Under the pieces are notes generated by a model. That model was not told where the DNA came from. It worked only from the letters and a program-made list of their open reading frames with translations, and searched no databases. Below, piece by piece: positions 50,262 to 64,000 of a DNA stretch of 64,000 nucleotides. Position 1 is the first letter of the stretch. Every line of letters starts with the position of its first letter. This DNA comes from Octopus bimaculoides (Eukaryota): contig NC_068988.1 in assembly GCF_001194135.2 (NCBI RefSeq), positions 78,840,174-78,904,173 on the forward strand. The letters run 5' to 3'. The translations under genes and the position numbers were made by a program.

Positions 50262-50480
50262 TGGAGGCGCATTGCTTGATAGTTATGGTGTTAGAATGTA
50301 AGATTGTGGGTTTCGATTTCAGGACAGGACGATGCGTTGCGTACTTGAGCAAAAACACTTCATTTCACGTTGCTCCAGTCCATTCAGTTGGCAAGAATAA
50401 GTAATTCTGCGACGGACCGGTGTCCACTCCAGCGAGGATATCTATACCAGAGAAATATACGTCAGAGAAACCGAGAAACC
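50262..50480 (+). mobile_element. SINE family C (tRNA-like head plus conserved central domain)
   Basis: GTGGAGGCGCATTGCTTGATAGTTA...GTGGGTTTCGATTTC (B-box-like), then CTTGAGCAAAAACACTTCATTTCACGTTGCTCCAGTCCATTCAGTTGGCAAG, which is shared with the copy at 54975. Confidence 0.75.
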
Positions 50481-51574
50481 AGTCTTATGCTCCTTACAGG
50501 ATAATGTGGACTACAAAGTTATGTCCATGTTCTTTTCTCTTATTATAGGAGTCGATAAAATAAGTACCACTATATATAGATAGATACATAAGTGCATATT
50601 TGTATATAAAAAATCTCTATATACACTATATGCATTTGTGTATACAGCACACATATACGTACACACATAAATATATCTTTGTGTATACATATTTGTGTAT
50701 GTGCAATCAGATATGTGTGTGTCGGTGGATGAATGGAGAGATGTTTCATTGAATGGAGGGATAAAATATGCTTATAGAGAAATACCTTTTCTGTCTCCTG
50801 TCAAACGACTAACACACCATCAACATTATAATGTAGTTAAGGAGGTCTGAGTTGGATTACGGAAAGCATAATTGGTAAAATGTACAGTGTAGTTGTTCGT
50901 TGACTGTCATTTAGAATACTACTTAACTGACAAACATTCTCGTCATCGCTAAGTGTGAAGCAAGTATTTTACTTATAAAGGTTATTTATAATCTGACTCT
51001 CCTCCAATTATCAAATGTATGTCTTAGATAAAAGGTCAAAGCTAGCATCTTAAAAAACAAAACAAATCGCATTTTAGTTTCAAAGTCTTTTGGGTGTCTG
51101 TGTTAGAAACATTACATTTATCTTGTTTGCCGCCAGTTAGCAAGGGAAGTATATAATCGATCAGAGCTCAGAAAATGACTGGTACTTATATTATCAATTC
51201 TGGTCAGATGGATGTCAAAGTGTACGAGGTCATCATCGGACTGTAATATTGAACTCAGAGAGACAAAAGAAAATACAGGTTGCAAACTGATACTAGCTGA
51301 TATTAATTACATGTTTGACAAAAATCTGTCCGACTGATGTAAGTAGTCATTAAAATCAGTCGTGATAAATGAGAATAAGGGATAGTGGGAAATATTTAAC
51401 AATTGAGACAGGAGCAAATTCTTAAACAAATTTTAAATATGTAATGAGAAAGTAGTTGGGTCTGGGTCTAATTTTTCTTTATGAGCAGAAACTACGGAAG
51501 ATAACTTCGAACTTAATGCCGAGTCCTCAGTCAATGTATAATTAGACCCTATATTATCATCATCATCATCATCA

Positions 51575-51617
<43 letters not shown>

Positions 51618-51915
51618 GATTATTATATTTTAAAAAAAGGATTGACGTAACTCTTCACAAAGGTAAATAGTCAAGACGAAGAGTGCGATTCGATTGTATA
51701 GAATCTCTATCTCTGTCACTGTCTATNNNNNNNNNNNNNNNNNNNNNNNNNNNNNNNNNNNNNNNNNNNNNNNNNNNNNNNNNNNNNNNNNNNNNNNNNN
51801 NNNNNNNNNNNNNNNNNNNNNNNNNNNNNNNNNNNNNNNNNNNNNNNNNNNNNNNNNNNNNNNNNNNNNNNNNNNNNNNNNNNNNNNNNNNNNNNNNNNN
51901 NNNNNNNNNNNNNNN

Positions 51916-51953
<38 letters not shown>

Positions 51954-51981
51954 CATTATTATTATTATCATTATTACAATA

Positions 51982-52197
51982 AAGGCGGCGAGCTGGGGGA
52001 ATCGTTAGCTAGAAAAAAGTTTAGTGGCGTTTCGTCCGTCTCGACGTTCTGAGTTCAAATTACGCCGAGGTCGACGATTTTGCCTTCAACCCTTTCGGTG
52101 TTGATAGAATAAGTACCAGTAGAACGCTGGGGTTAATGCAAGCGATAATCTCACCACCCCCAATTTCTGGCCTGGTGCCTAAATTATTATTATTATT
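51982..52197 (+). mobile_element. SINE family B, full length with (ATT)n tail
   Basis: AAGGCGGCGAGCTGGGGGAATCGTTAGC...CGTTCTGAGTTCAAATTACGCCGAGGTCGAC...AATAAGTACCAGT...GGCCTGGTGCCTAAATTATTATT. Confidence 0.92.
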
Positions 52198-52408
52198 CGT
52201 AGTAGTAGTAGTAGTAGTAGTAGAAGTTTCATTATATATTTTCTCTCAGTTTTCGCAGTTTTTCATTCACCATTGAATTCTGCACAAACATCTACCGTTC
52301 TCACTGTTTTTCACTTACACACGCACACGCGTACACTCACTCATGCATACACCCACCAACACCAACACCCACTCACTCTCTCTATCTCTGTCACTGTCTA
52401 TCTGTCTG

Positions 52409-52502
<94 letters not shown>

Positions 52503-52608
52503 TTGTTCCTTGTGAGGCTGATGTCTTTTTAAATACAATAATTGCCATGTTTTTCTTATTTCCATATAGTTATAACAGCCAGACACTTCTACTTCCATTA
52601 GCCTTTTC

Positions 52609-52739
52609 TATTATTATCATCATCGTCATCATTATTATTGTTATTATTATTGTTGTTGTTGTTGTTGTTGTTGTTGTTATCATTATCATTATCATTATTA
52701 TCATTATTATCATTATTATTATTATTATTATCATTATTA

Positions 52740-52782
<43 letters not shown>

Positions 52783-52873
52783 TATCATTATTATTATTAT
52801 TATTATTATCATTATTATCATTATTATTATTAGTATTAGTATTATTATCATTATTATTATTATCATTATTATT

Positions 52874-52942
<69 letters not shown>

Positions 52943-52966
52943 GTTATTATTATTGTTATTATTATT
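52609..52966. repeat. Compound (ATT/ATC/GTT/AGT)n trinucleotide array
   Basis: Read directly; it explains the poly-I, poly-L and poly-N pseudo-ORFs. Confidence 0.97.
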
Positions 52967-53514
52967 TGTGTCTTTGAAAAACCCAGATAATCTTTTTTTT
53001 TTATTATTTATTGCTTCATAAATTCTATTTCCATTTACTTTTATGTTTGGATGATGCAAAACTCCTTTTACTTGTTTCTATAGATTCTTTATACAATTCA
53101 ATTTCCACTCTTTATATGTGTATGTATCTATGTACGTATGAAAGCATATAGGTTTGTACATGCGTGTGTCTTCGTGTACACACACACACTCACTCACTCA
53201 TTCACAAACACACACACACTCACTCACACACAAACACGCACACACACATACACACGTACATGCGAACACGGACGCGGGCGCGCACACGCACACATACACA
53301 CACACACATACACACATGCACGCACGCGTTCGCAAACACACACGCGTTTTCAAATTACATTCATTTCTCTGCAACGCATTTCGTGTAATATATTTAGAAT
53401 CTATTTTTTTTACGCAATCTTTTAAAAATATTCATGTATTTGTTTCCCACTTCCAGTAAACTTAAATACATACACGCATACACAGACGTACGCACAAATA
53501 TATACACACTTTCA

Positions 53515-53563
<49 letters not shown>

Positions 53564-53564
53564 A

Positions 53565-53601
<37 letters not shown>

Positions 53602-54227
53602 TGATTATATTTGCCATTAATGAGGTTGTTGTATTATTTATTTTGATTTCATTTTGATTCTGTTTATATATTCTACTTGTTCTAAATTGTAATCACATAA
53701 ATATAATATACATTTCTTTTGATAGATTTTCAAATATTTCCTGTTTTTTTGTTTTGTTTTTTTTTATCAACGTCATATCCTCATCAACATCAACGTTACC
53801 GTCGTCAACATCGTCGTCTTATTTCTCTTATGTCTTAAATTCTTTTATATCGATCAACATTTCATTGTTTTATTTTTCCAAAATGAACGTACATAAACGT
53901 GTGCGTATTTGTGTGCGTGCGTGTATGTATGTATGTATGTATGTATGTATGTATGTATGCATGTATGCATGTATGTATGTGTCTATATATGGGTGTGCAA
54001 CTAAATTTCTTTATATTTGTTTGGCTCTGTTATCTCACTCTGTCTCTCTGTTTATATATTTTATTTAATTTCAGCGTTATAAATATTTCAAATTCTCTCT
54101 GTCTCTCTCTCTCAATCTTTCTCTCTTTTTCTTTCTCTCACGTGCGCTCGCTCCAGCTCTCTGTCTGTCTGTCTCTGTCTCTCGGTCTCTCTTTCTCTCT
54201 CTGTCTCTTTCTCTTTAAACATATTTC

Positions 54228-54277
<50 letters not shown>

Positions 54278-54974
54278 CTCACTCACTCTTTCTGGAAATT
54301 GATGAGTTTCTCTCTACGTTCATCTCCCTCTTGATACATGTAGCTATCTTTATTTATTTGTCTTGTTATTTCACGTTAAGATCAGATCCTTTTTTACGTG
54401 TGTCAGGCTTGAAGTTACTTAGTCGAGCAAATAATACAACTGAACTGTGCACGTATGTATGAGCGTGTGTGTATGTGAACTGCATGTATATACAGTATAT
54501 GCGTGTGTGCTTTTGTATGTTCGTGATGCTGTTTTTTTCTGAATATCTCTCTCACTTTATGTCACTTGTATTTCAGTTCTATATTTCAAACAATGGACGA
54601 TATTTTACTTTGCATATTTCTATTTCCTTTGCATCTTTATTTTCCACTGTGTCAATATTATAGCTTAAATTATTATTTTTCTTACTATTTAATTCATTCC
54701 TTTCTACATATATTTTGTTTTTCAAATAAATGTGTAATAAACTTAATCCATGCTCGAACCCATTTCACCAGTCTCCCATCATCGACATCTTTCTATCAAA
54801 GCTACATCTATACCTTTCCTTCTTGCGCATCAATATGGACTGTCCTCAGTGGCGATCTCATATATATATCTCACGGTACAGAAGCGGGATAAACTTCCTT
54901 AACGTTTCCCACCTTTTTTTTTTTTTTATCCATAAAGTATTTCAACGAATACAGACACTCATTTAGTCTTTCAT

Positions 54975-55185
54975 GAGAAAGACACTTTATTTCATGTTAC
55001 TCCAGTCCACTCAGCTGGCGAAAATGAGTGGTACTTGTAATTGAAAGGGCCGGCCTTGTCACACTCTACGTCACGCTGAATCTCTGAGATCTATGTTATG
55101 AGTAAGCGTGTCTGTGGAGTACTCAGCCACTTGCACGTTAATTTCACGAGCATGCTGTTTCCTTGATCAACTGGATCCGGAGTTC
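54975..55185 (+). mobile_element. SINE family C central/3' fragment
   Basis: AAGACACTTTATTTCATGTTACTCCAGTCCACTCAGCTGGCGAAAATGAGT aligns with 50350-50402. Confidence 0.7.
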
Positions 55186-55949
55186 CAGAGTATGATGAAG
55201 TATCAAAGTGAAAGTTACAACTAGGCATCGATATGGGTCAATGTCTTTATATTTTCTGTTTGAAAACATTAATATGATGCAATATGACATTATATATATA
55301 TGCATATATACATACATACATACATACATGCATGCATACATACAGTCATGCATACATACATACATACATACATACATACATACATACATACACACACACA
55401 CATATACATGAACACATAGACTCTATCATATGTTGAGCCAATCAGGATATCCATCAAGTATAAAGTCACCGTCCTCGTGAAAATACTTCTGCAAGTCCTC
55501 TTACTGTCTATACTTTCATTATATTACTTTATTTTAAATTACTTCTTTGTAACGAAAAGTATCCGGTATTGGCCCCCCACCTTTCACCTTCACTACTTTA
55601 TTATTTAGAGATCACTTGCTGGTGGGCAACAACGCTGTCAGGTTGGTAATATAGTGACTTAACAATCAAAAGACACACATAGTTAGCTGTTTTGTCTTTG
55701 TCAAATGTCAACCTATATTTAACAGGTTATGAATGTCAGATCCATTTATTTAACAAATTTAATGGTTTCATTTTTAGTTTACCCGTCCATTTTAACCTAG
55801 TCTACCAATAATGTTAACCTGCTGAACTAATTAAGTTCAAGTTTTAATCTTATGAACTAATAATTGCGAATATTTCAATGGTCAGTAGAAACCGCTGCTT
55901 TCCGAAACACTGTGATTTTAAATATCTTCAGAGTGTTTTTACTTCGTCT

Positions 55950-56370
55950 GTTTGATTCATGAATTTGCTGTCCATTGTTGTACTTTGCCTACAACCAAGC
56001 ATCATATATTCCTTTCTATGTAAGTTAATTTGAGAAATGTATCCGTATTTCTTGAAACTATGTCCCTTATTCTTTGAGACATTCTAACAGATGATACTAG
56101 GTTTTTGATTCTTTCAACAACCAAGAGAGAATATTAAGGAATTAAGAGTCTATTGCACATGTTATTCTGTACATCAGCCTTTGACTTAAACGAAATTAAT
56201 TCCGTTAGCCTTCTTGAGCTATTTTCCTTAGCGCTTGTAACTTTCATCATTTTACTGCTTACTAGAGACAACGTTCAATTTGGACAAACAAAACGCTCTA
56301 AAGAATTTATTTCTTGTCATAATAGTTTCTGAGATATTCAGTTCTGCTATTATTTAATTTCCTTACCCAT
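55950..56370 (-). mobile_element. Possible very old CR1-like LINE 3' remnant
   Basis: Only short motifs on the minus strand: SSRRLTELI (cf. QRRATKLI) at ~56194-56220 and KGHSFK (cf. RGHSYK) at 56051-56068, in the expected order. Confidence 0.33.
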
Positions 56371-56550
56371 CTACACGCTCGTCTGTAATTCCTTAACTGC
56401 TTTTAGCTTACTGCACATACATACATGCACACATACATACATACATACAGACATACATACAGACATACATGCATACATACATACATGCATACATACATAC
56501 ATACATACATACATGCATACATACATACATACATACATGCATACATACAT

Positions 56551-56583
<33 letters not shown>

Positions 56584-57723
56584 NNNNNNNNNNGTATACC
56601 TACATCTATTGCTCTGTAGTACTGATTCAGTGTATATTTGTATATTCTCTGTAATCTATGTATATTTCTCATTCACAGTTTGGTAATAATTGCTTTGAAA
56701 TATTAAACTTATTTTATATGTTTTATCATCAACTCAATAAGCGCTCTCTTTATTACTAATACTGATTTGTTTTTAAGCTCCAAATATTATATATAATATT
56801 ATATATTACTTTCAAGAATTGATGATTTCAACAGATCTGTCGTTGATGGTTATTCCTCTAAGTTTCTGACGTAGATGAAGGTTTTTCATAGTCCGGTTTT
56901 AAAAACTTGTTCTATTCAATTCCAAAAATGGTCTTAATTCTGTATCACCTCATCTCGTTCCATTTTTTAATGCTCTCATAGTTACCCTCTTCCAATTGTT
57001 TCGCGTTTATTTACTATTTCAAGTCTTTGAACTCTCTGTATTTATCACCGTTTGCTATTGAATTTATAGTTGTTGTATCAAGTCCCTATTCTCTTTCATA
57101 ATATCTCCAAATCTGAAAGAAAAAAGTGTGGGCTTTAATGTTATTTTCAATCTAGTCAAGAAGTATCTGCTGCTATTTCATGCTTTTTTCAAACTTTGTT
57201 TTTAATCTGCTGCTATTTTCACTTCCAATTCCATTAAATTAAACCAGATGTACATGAACAGTTCATTATTTGCGTCCGTATCTTTAACAGATTTATTGGA
57301 TGATTTTGTTTCTCTTCTATCAGTGTGTACATTGGTCTATCCTCTATGAATTAACCTCCTGTATACATTGTCCAGCAGGAATTCCTCATACATTACTTCT
57401 ACAAAAACTACTATATCATCTTTTCTTCACATCTCTCAAAACACGCCATTCCCTTTTCCACGCTGAACTCAGTCAATTTCCACTAACTTCTTGTCATTTG
57501 TCATCTAAGGTTTCATGCCTATTTTAACACCGTTACCCTTTAGGCTGAGTAGAAATAACATCCACAAATTTTGGCTTAGAAATTGCAAGTTCGCATCTCG
57601 CTACGGGCGTTATTTTAGTTCATTCTCCTAGACAAGAAGAAAATATTAATTTTACTCTTTCAAGGCTTCATGCCCAGTTAAGTAATATTTATTTGGTATC
57701 ATTCAAATAAGTGTGTTTTATTA

Positions 57724-57850
57724 GGAGGTGAGTGGCAGAATCCGTAGAGTGTTGGAGAAAATGCCTAGCGGTCAACACATCATTAATGCTCTGATTTCAA
57801 ATCTCACCCAACGTCCATTTGAGTTTCATTTCTCAGAGTTCGATTAAATT
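57724..57850 (+). mobile_element. SINE family B, degenerate 5' half
   Basis: GGAGGTGAGTGGCAGAATCCGTAG...AAATGCCTAGCGGT...CTCTGATTTCAAATCTC. Other degenerate copies lie at about 5015-5125, 51120-51270 and 60225-60290. Confidence 0.65.
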
Positions 57851-58105
57851 GAGGATTTGGAACGATTTATTGTAAAGCTCTAAACCATAATATTGTTCTT
57901 CTTGTTGCTGTTTAAACTCCGAAAACCAGAGTTAATGTATTATCTTTGTCCACGATTTTACTTTCTTACAATCCTTTTTATTGCATACTTACGATTACAG
58001 TATACAATGTGTACTTGCTGTTTTAAGACGGTAGCTGTAATTTCAGGGAATTTAGGTGTTATTTTTAGCAGGTTGCATAGCCATGGAGAAACACCTTCAT
58101 TCATA

Positions 58106-58118
58106 GTGGTGGTGGTGG

Positions 58119-58162
<44 letters not shown>

Positions 58163-58186
58163 GTGCTGCTGCTGCTGCTGCTGCTG

Positions 58187-58252
<66 letters not shown>

Positions 58253-58374
58253 GTTATAGTGGAGGTGGCGGCGACGGCAGCAGCAGTGGCAGTAGCAGCA
58301 GTGGCAGTGGCGGCAGTAGCAGCAGCAGTAGCAACAGCAGAAGCATCAGCAGCAGCAGCAGTAGTAGTGGTAGT
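58106..58374. repeat. Phase-locked compound trinucleotide array (GTG/CTA/CTG/ATA/GCA/GTA)
   Basis: Read directly; it runs into the gap at 58375. Confidence 0.95.
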
Positions 58375-58642
58375 NNNNNNNNNNNNNNNNNNNNNNNNNN
58401 NNNNNNNNNNNNNNNNNNNNNNNNNNNNNNNNNNNNNNNNNNNNNNNNNNNNNNNNNNCTTCCAATATTCCACACCATATGCCATAACAATTGTCCTTTT
58501 TGTTAATATAATTCTTTCACTTTTAAAAAGATAACAAAAATTACAATTCGTTTTTTTTAATTTTTCTAATGATTTTTCTAACAGTTTTTAATTATTTTTC
58601 GCACTTATACTGCTGTTGTTTTGTTGTTGTTGTTTTCATTAC

Positions 58643-58687
<45 letters not shown>

Positions 58688-59132
58688 CGGTGGTGGTGGT
58701 GGTGGTGGTTTTATTTTACTGTTTACTGCTGTTCTTCTTGTTCCGTGGGGGTGGGTTCTGGGCATTCAATTATTTCCATATATTTACTATGAATATTTAT
58801 ATTTATATTTTTTATACACAATTTTGCAAAACGCAACTCACACCCTCTTTCTTTGTTCTATTGTTTTCATGTGCTTTTTTTTTTCGCTCTTGTGGCAGCA
58901 AATAAAGATGCAACACATCACCCACCACCACCACCACCAGAACTGATATTCTCCTCTCCTCCTCTTCCTCATTATCATTTTGTTTCACCCTGCTGCCGTT
59001 TATATCTATGAACTCCCTCCCCTCCTTCTCAGGCATAAATCATTCTTGTCCTGCATGAACTTCCCTTCTCTCTCATTCACCCCCACACAACTTCCTTTCT
59101 CTTACATACATTTTCTGATGGTTCCTTTTATA

Positions 59133-59564
<432 letters not shown>

Positions 59565-59682
59565 CTCTTGCATCCTTCATAATAACACATTCAACGTCTT
59601 TTGTTTATTACGTGATCAATAAAACGGCGATGCGTTCCACCTCTCAACACCACTAGGCCGAGGCAATCATAGTGATCACGGC

Positions 59683-59718
<36 letters not shown>

Positions 59719-60828
59719 AATAAATCCTTTTGTCTCTATCTCTGACCTCCCTCTTTCTCACTCTCTCTGTTTTTCTCTTTCTCACTCTCTCTGTTTTTAT
59801 CTTTCTCCCTTAATAAGATATCTCAAAACCAACAATGTGCAGAACGATATTGAAGAAACATTTAATGTTCACATATTACAGAGGTACAAACAATAACAAG
59901 TGTTAAAGGTAACAACAATATCGGTGTTGTTTATAACAATGATAGTGATGATGATGACGAAGATGTCTATGATGAGGGGATGATGCCGATGTTTGCGATT
60001 GTGAAGAGGATGATGTTCTTTATAATGTTTATGATGGAAATGATGATGACGATAATGGTGATCATTAGAAGGATGCTGATGTTCTTGATATGATGCTGAG
60101 GGGAGCTGGTGATGTTTATGATACTGAGGGAAATGATGTTGCTATTTATGAAGTTGATAGTGATGATAGCATGGTGATGCTGATGAAGAATTTTTACATT
60201 GATAAAAGGTCACAAACGTGTCGGGAAAGGGGCATGATCGTTGGCAAATAAAAAACAAAATTGATCCTAGTGAAGTTTGAACTCAGAGATCCATGGTGCA
60301 TAACTAAATTTTGTTAATGAAAGACTTTCTACATACATAAAATTTAGGGTTTCTAGCGTCACCATCTCGGCCATACAGGCATTGAAAACTTGAGCTTTAA
60401 GGAGGTTATATTCGTTAAAAGTCAATACGAAAGAAATATTGGCTAATATAAGCATTATTAATCTGCATATGCTACAATCATACCCACAACCCATCCTCAC
60501 ACATCTGTACCGATCAAAGCTGAACTCAAACTCCATCTTTACTTAAGATTTTGCAAAGCCAAAGTATTGAAATATAAGGCAAAAGTGTAAATGTTTTACT
60601 TTTCAACTTTTGCAAATTAGTTTAGAAGCGCTGTAACAATATGACCCCCACTCACGGTTTGGATTCATATTGTTAATGAGTAAGATAGTATTTGCATGCA
60701 GCCTGAACAATGTTCAAAAACTTGTGTCGAAAGAATAAGTTAACTCCATCATATCTAGTGAGAATTTTGGGTCCAAATGTGTATTCAAATGCGTGTAAGT
60801 GATGTTTATATTAGTCTAGTGGTGTTTA

Positions 60829-60884
<56 letters not shown>

Positions 60885-61303
60885 GTATGCATGTATGTAT
60901 GTGTGTGTGTTTCAAAGGAAATACCCAAATAATGCGAAAGTGACCTTCCGACATCAATTGGCTGTCAGGCAACCTTAGCTCAGAATTGTTTTAGTCGCCC
61001 TCTTCCTGAGACCATATTGAGGATTTAGTGACAGACGAAAGAAGTACGAAGAACACCATAGAGTGCAGAAGTAAACAGAATAGCATTGTATACTGAGAGT
61101 AACGAGTAATGGAGTTGATTAAGCGTCTTCTAAGAACCATTATATTACTCCTAATAAAGTTGTTTGTAAAGCGATGCATAAATTATTGAGCAACAACGAT
61201 AGAACTGTAAGCTACCAGTTTATACGTATAAACATTTTCTGTGTACACCTAGTTATATATCTGTATATGCGTATATACATATATACATACATACATACAT
61301 ATA

Positions 61304-61367
61304 TAGGTGCAGGAGTGGCTTGTGGTAAGAAGCCTGCTTGCCAACCACATGTTCCTGGGTTCTGTCC
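61304..61367 (+). mobile_element. SINE family A 5' head, cut by an assembly gap
   Basis: AGGTGCAGGAGTGGCTTGTGGTAAGAAGCCTGCTTGCCAACCACATGTTCCTGGGTTCTGTCC matches the family A head. Confidence 0.85.
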
Positions 61368-64000
61368 NNNNNNNNNNNNNNNNNNNNNNNNNNNNNNNNN
61401 NNNNNNNNNNNNNNNNNNNNNNNNNNNNNNNNNNNNNNNNNNNNNNNNNNNNNNNNNNNNNNNNNNNNNNNNNNNNNNNNNNNNNNNNNNNNNNNNNNNN
61501 NNNNNNNNNNNNNNNNNNNNNNNNNNNNNNNNNNNNNNNNNNNNNNNNNNNNNNNNNNNNNNNNNNNNNNNNNNNNNNNNNNNNNNNNNNNNNNNNNNNN
61601 NNNNNNNNNNNNNNNNNNNNNNNNNNNNNNNNNNNNNNNNNNNNNNNNNNNNNNNNNNNNNNNNNNNNNNNNNNNNNNNNNNNNNNNNNNNNNNNNNNNN
61701 NNNNNNNNNNNNNNNNNNNNNNNNNNNNNNNNNNNNNNNNNNNNNNNNNNNNNNNTCAATATATATTTCAGTATAAAGAATTCATTAAGATGCTTAAATC
61801 AAAATTTCTTTACACATCATTCAGGAACAGATATAACATCAGAAAAAATACATTCCGTTTAAAAACACAAACCGTTCATGGCGAAAAAATTTCACAATAT
61901 ATATATATATATATATATACTCACATGTACACATACATTCATATATCTAGAGAGAAGGAGAGAGAGAAAATGAGTCATTGACAGATATATAATAATTTCC
62001 TTCCTCAAAGTACATGATTTCATAAGTGACTGGCTATTTAGTAGGAAGAGAATTAAAACAGCTACTGGATTTGTTGTAAATGAGATGTTAAATTATATGA
62101 CGTTTGAGTAATTAGTTAAAGCTACCTTCACGCCAGTTTAGTTGAAGAACAAATGCTTCTGGCAAACGTAAAGAAATAAAACATTTTAAATGTTGGTTAC
62201 GTATTCAAATAACATGTTTTTGTATTCTCTTTTATTTTCATTTGTTTCTATAGACTCTAAGGCATAATATTTGAACATCGTTGTCTTCTTTTAGATATTT
62301 TCAAAATGGCTCTTATCACTTCAAAGAAATTAATATATTTTAATTTTTACACTTCAAAGCCATTTTGTTAGTACATGACAATTCATTGACTAGTTAGAGA
62401 GTCTGTTATCACATTTAAATCATCTGTTTATCAGAAATTTAATTTCCTAGAAGCCAAAATACGTTTCTAAAACCAAATCAAACTTGGAAATCAGTAAATC
62501 GATAATTATTTTTACTAGCAACTTCAGATGTCGGTCTGTGATCGGCGTATTTAATGTATAGTTGTCGTTATAGCAATGTGATACTGTTCGCTTCGTTTCT
62601 TACAACTGTGTAGATTATACATTATAACAGTAAATCATACCATTCTGTCTAGTAGGCGCCATGGTACATGATAGCATAATGTCATTGGTTACCCTGCTAA
62701 ATCATATCTGTCATTTGATGCTCTCTTAGAACATATTGTGCCATTCTGCATTATACTATAACGTGGCATTTGGTATAATATCAGTCCATATAAGATAACA
62801 TACAAGATAACACACCATAGCAATCTATTATGCTGATGTTATTTAAGACGATAATAAATAGTGTGTGAAGGCACCTAATAAATAAAATTATGAGCCTAGA
62901 GTATCCGGAATGCGTTAGCATGATAGCTAAATTGATATTTTCTTCTGGTGAGGTTTTCCTAAGCATTATCTTTACCACGGTAACTATATTAATGCATGAA
63001 ATTGAGTGCACATTTCTCCTTCTCACAACCTGGTTAGCTTTTCTGTAGCTTCTTCCCTAACAAACAGAGAGTATATGAATCCCACTGCTATACATGCTCG
63101 ATCATGCATAGTATTCAATTGATGTTAAATGTGTTCTCTCCCAGCCGAAAACCAGTGAATTGACGAAACGTAAATAGACAACAGAAAATGATGCTACCAC
63201 CGACGATAAAAAATGGCTGAATTTGTTTTCAGAGAAAAAAAAAAACGGGAGTAAAAAAGAAAATATAAAAAAAAGAAGTAAAACAGGAGATTCAACTGCA
63301 TATAGTGATATTTTAACGGTGTCAAACAATTTTGTTATTTTGGGAGCTGATTTTAAAATAAGTTTGGCATAAAAGAATTTTTTTCTCTCCAACTGATCTG
63401 AAAGATTGTGAAAATGGAAACTCTATTTTTAAGAATTTGCTGAGAAACTACCTTAGGAACTTACTTCTTAGACTGTAATAGATATGTCATAAGAAGAGAT
63501 ATATGCCTATTTAGGCGACACGAATTAAAAATATATTGCAAAATACGTATTAGAGTTGAGTATGTAGGTGTAAAAGTCAGGATTTCATGAGTATATTCTG
63601 TAGTTTACAATTTATTTTAGTTTTAATTTCCTCATTCTAGAATATTAATTCAAATGAGTAGGTTAGATCTTATTTATAACTGCAAAATGGTTGTGTTAAT
63701 AATTTCGTTTTATAACCTTAGTTCGATCGCACTGCATGTCAGTTTGGGCAAGTGTTATCAATTATAGCGTCGGGTAGTTAATATCTTGAAAGAGACATGC
63801 AGTAAAGTGAGACTGTAAGTGATTTTACCCGTATGTACACCTACATACACGTGTGAGTGTGTGTGTGCATGTAAACAACAGTCATTTGTGCACAATACAA
63901 CGAAAATCGGAAGAAGTGAGATAAATTTAAATATTATAAGGCCCCACTGTGCGTTAAATACGAATCTAGACATTTTTCTATGCTATTGATGTACAGGGAA

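Noticed and set aside
59930-60190. Poly-Asp/Glu acidic coding exon
   Set aside because: Degenerate (GAT)n with frequent frame changes and TGA stops; best explained as an old microsatellite.
60634-60675. 11-bp inverted repeat TAACAATATGA/TCATATTGTTA as a pre-miRNA
   Set aside because: The stem does not extend to the 30+ bp needed, and it is AT-rich.
62826-62845. 12-nt match to the 5' end of miR-1993 as I recall it (TATTATGCTGAT)
   Set aside because: The 3' half diverges and there is no complementary arm forming a precursor hairpin.
62781-63392. Minus-strand ORFs as transposase remnants
   Set aside because: No recognisable catalytic or DNA-binding motifs, and the composition matches the AT-rich background.

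Overview
Eukaryotic, AT-rich, microsatellite-saturated draft-assembly DNA with 13 N-gaps. The repeat families look like those of an octopod cephalopod (inference from recalled SINE-like families, not a database result). I find no intact host gene, rRNA, true tRNA or CRISPR array, so the window looks intronic or intergenic. Most long entries in the ORF track are artefacts of simple repeats and N-runs. The real content is a fossil record of mobile DNA. (1) A 5'-truncated CR1/L2-group LINE (811-3087,+) with its 3' tail. (2) An internally deleted R4/NeSL-type REL element (12543-13330,-). (3) Two RTE-clade fragments, one ending in degenerate C2H2 fingers. (4) A Tx1/L1-clade element with ORF1 zinc knuckle, APE and a half RT (36270-39823,-). 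(5) A Penelope GIY-YIG fragment. (6) A Tc1/mariner transposase fossil with its left TIR, plus a mariner-type MITE. (7) At least three tRNA-headed SINE families. (8) About ten fold-back/hairpin elements. The best signal is that SINE family A shares the LINE's ~50-nt 3' tail, and the tail's 5-bp/4-nt stem-loop is preserved in three sequence variants through compensatory changes. This points to a LINE-SINE partnership whose two members are both visible in this window. All coordinates were read by eye and boundaries are approximate to within tens of bases.
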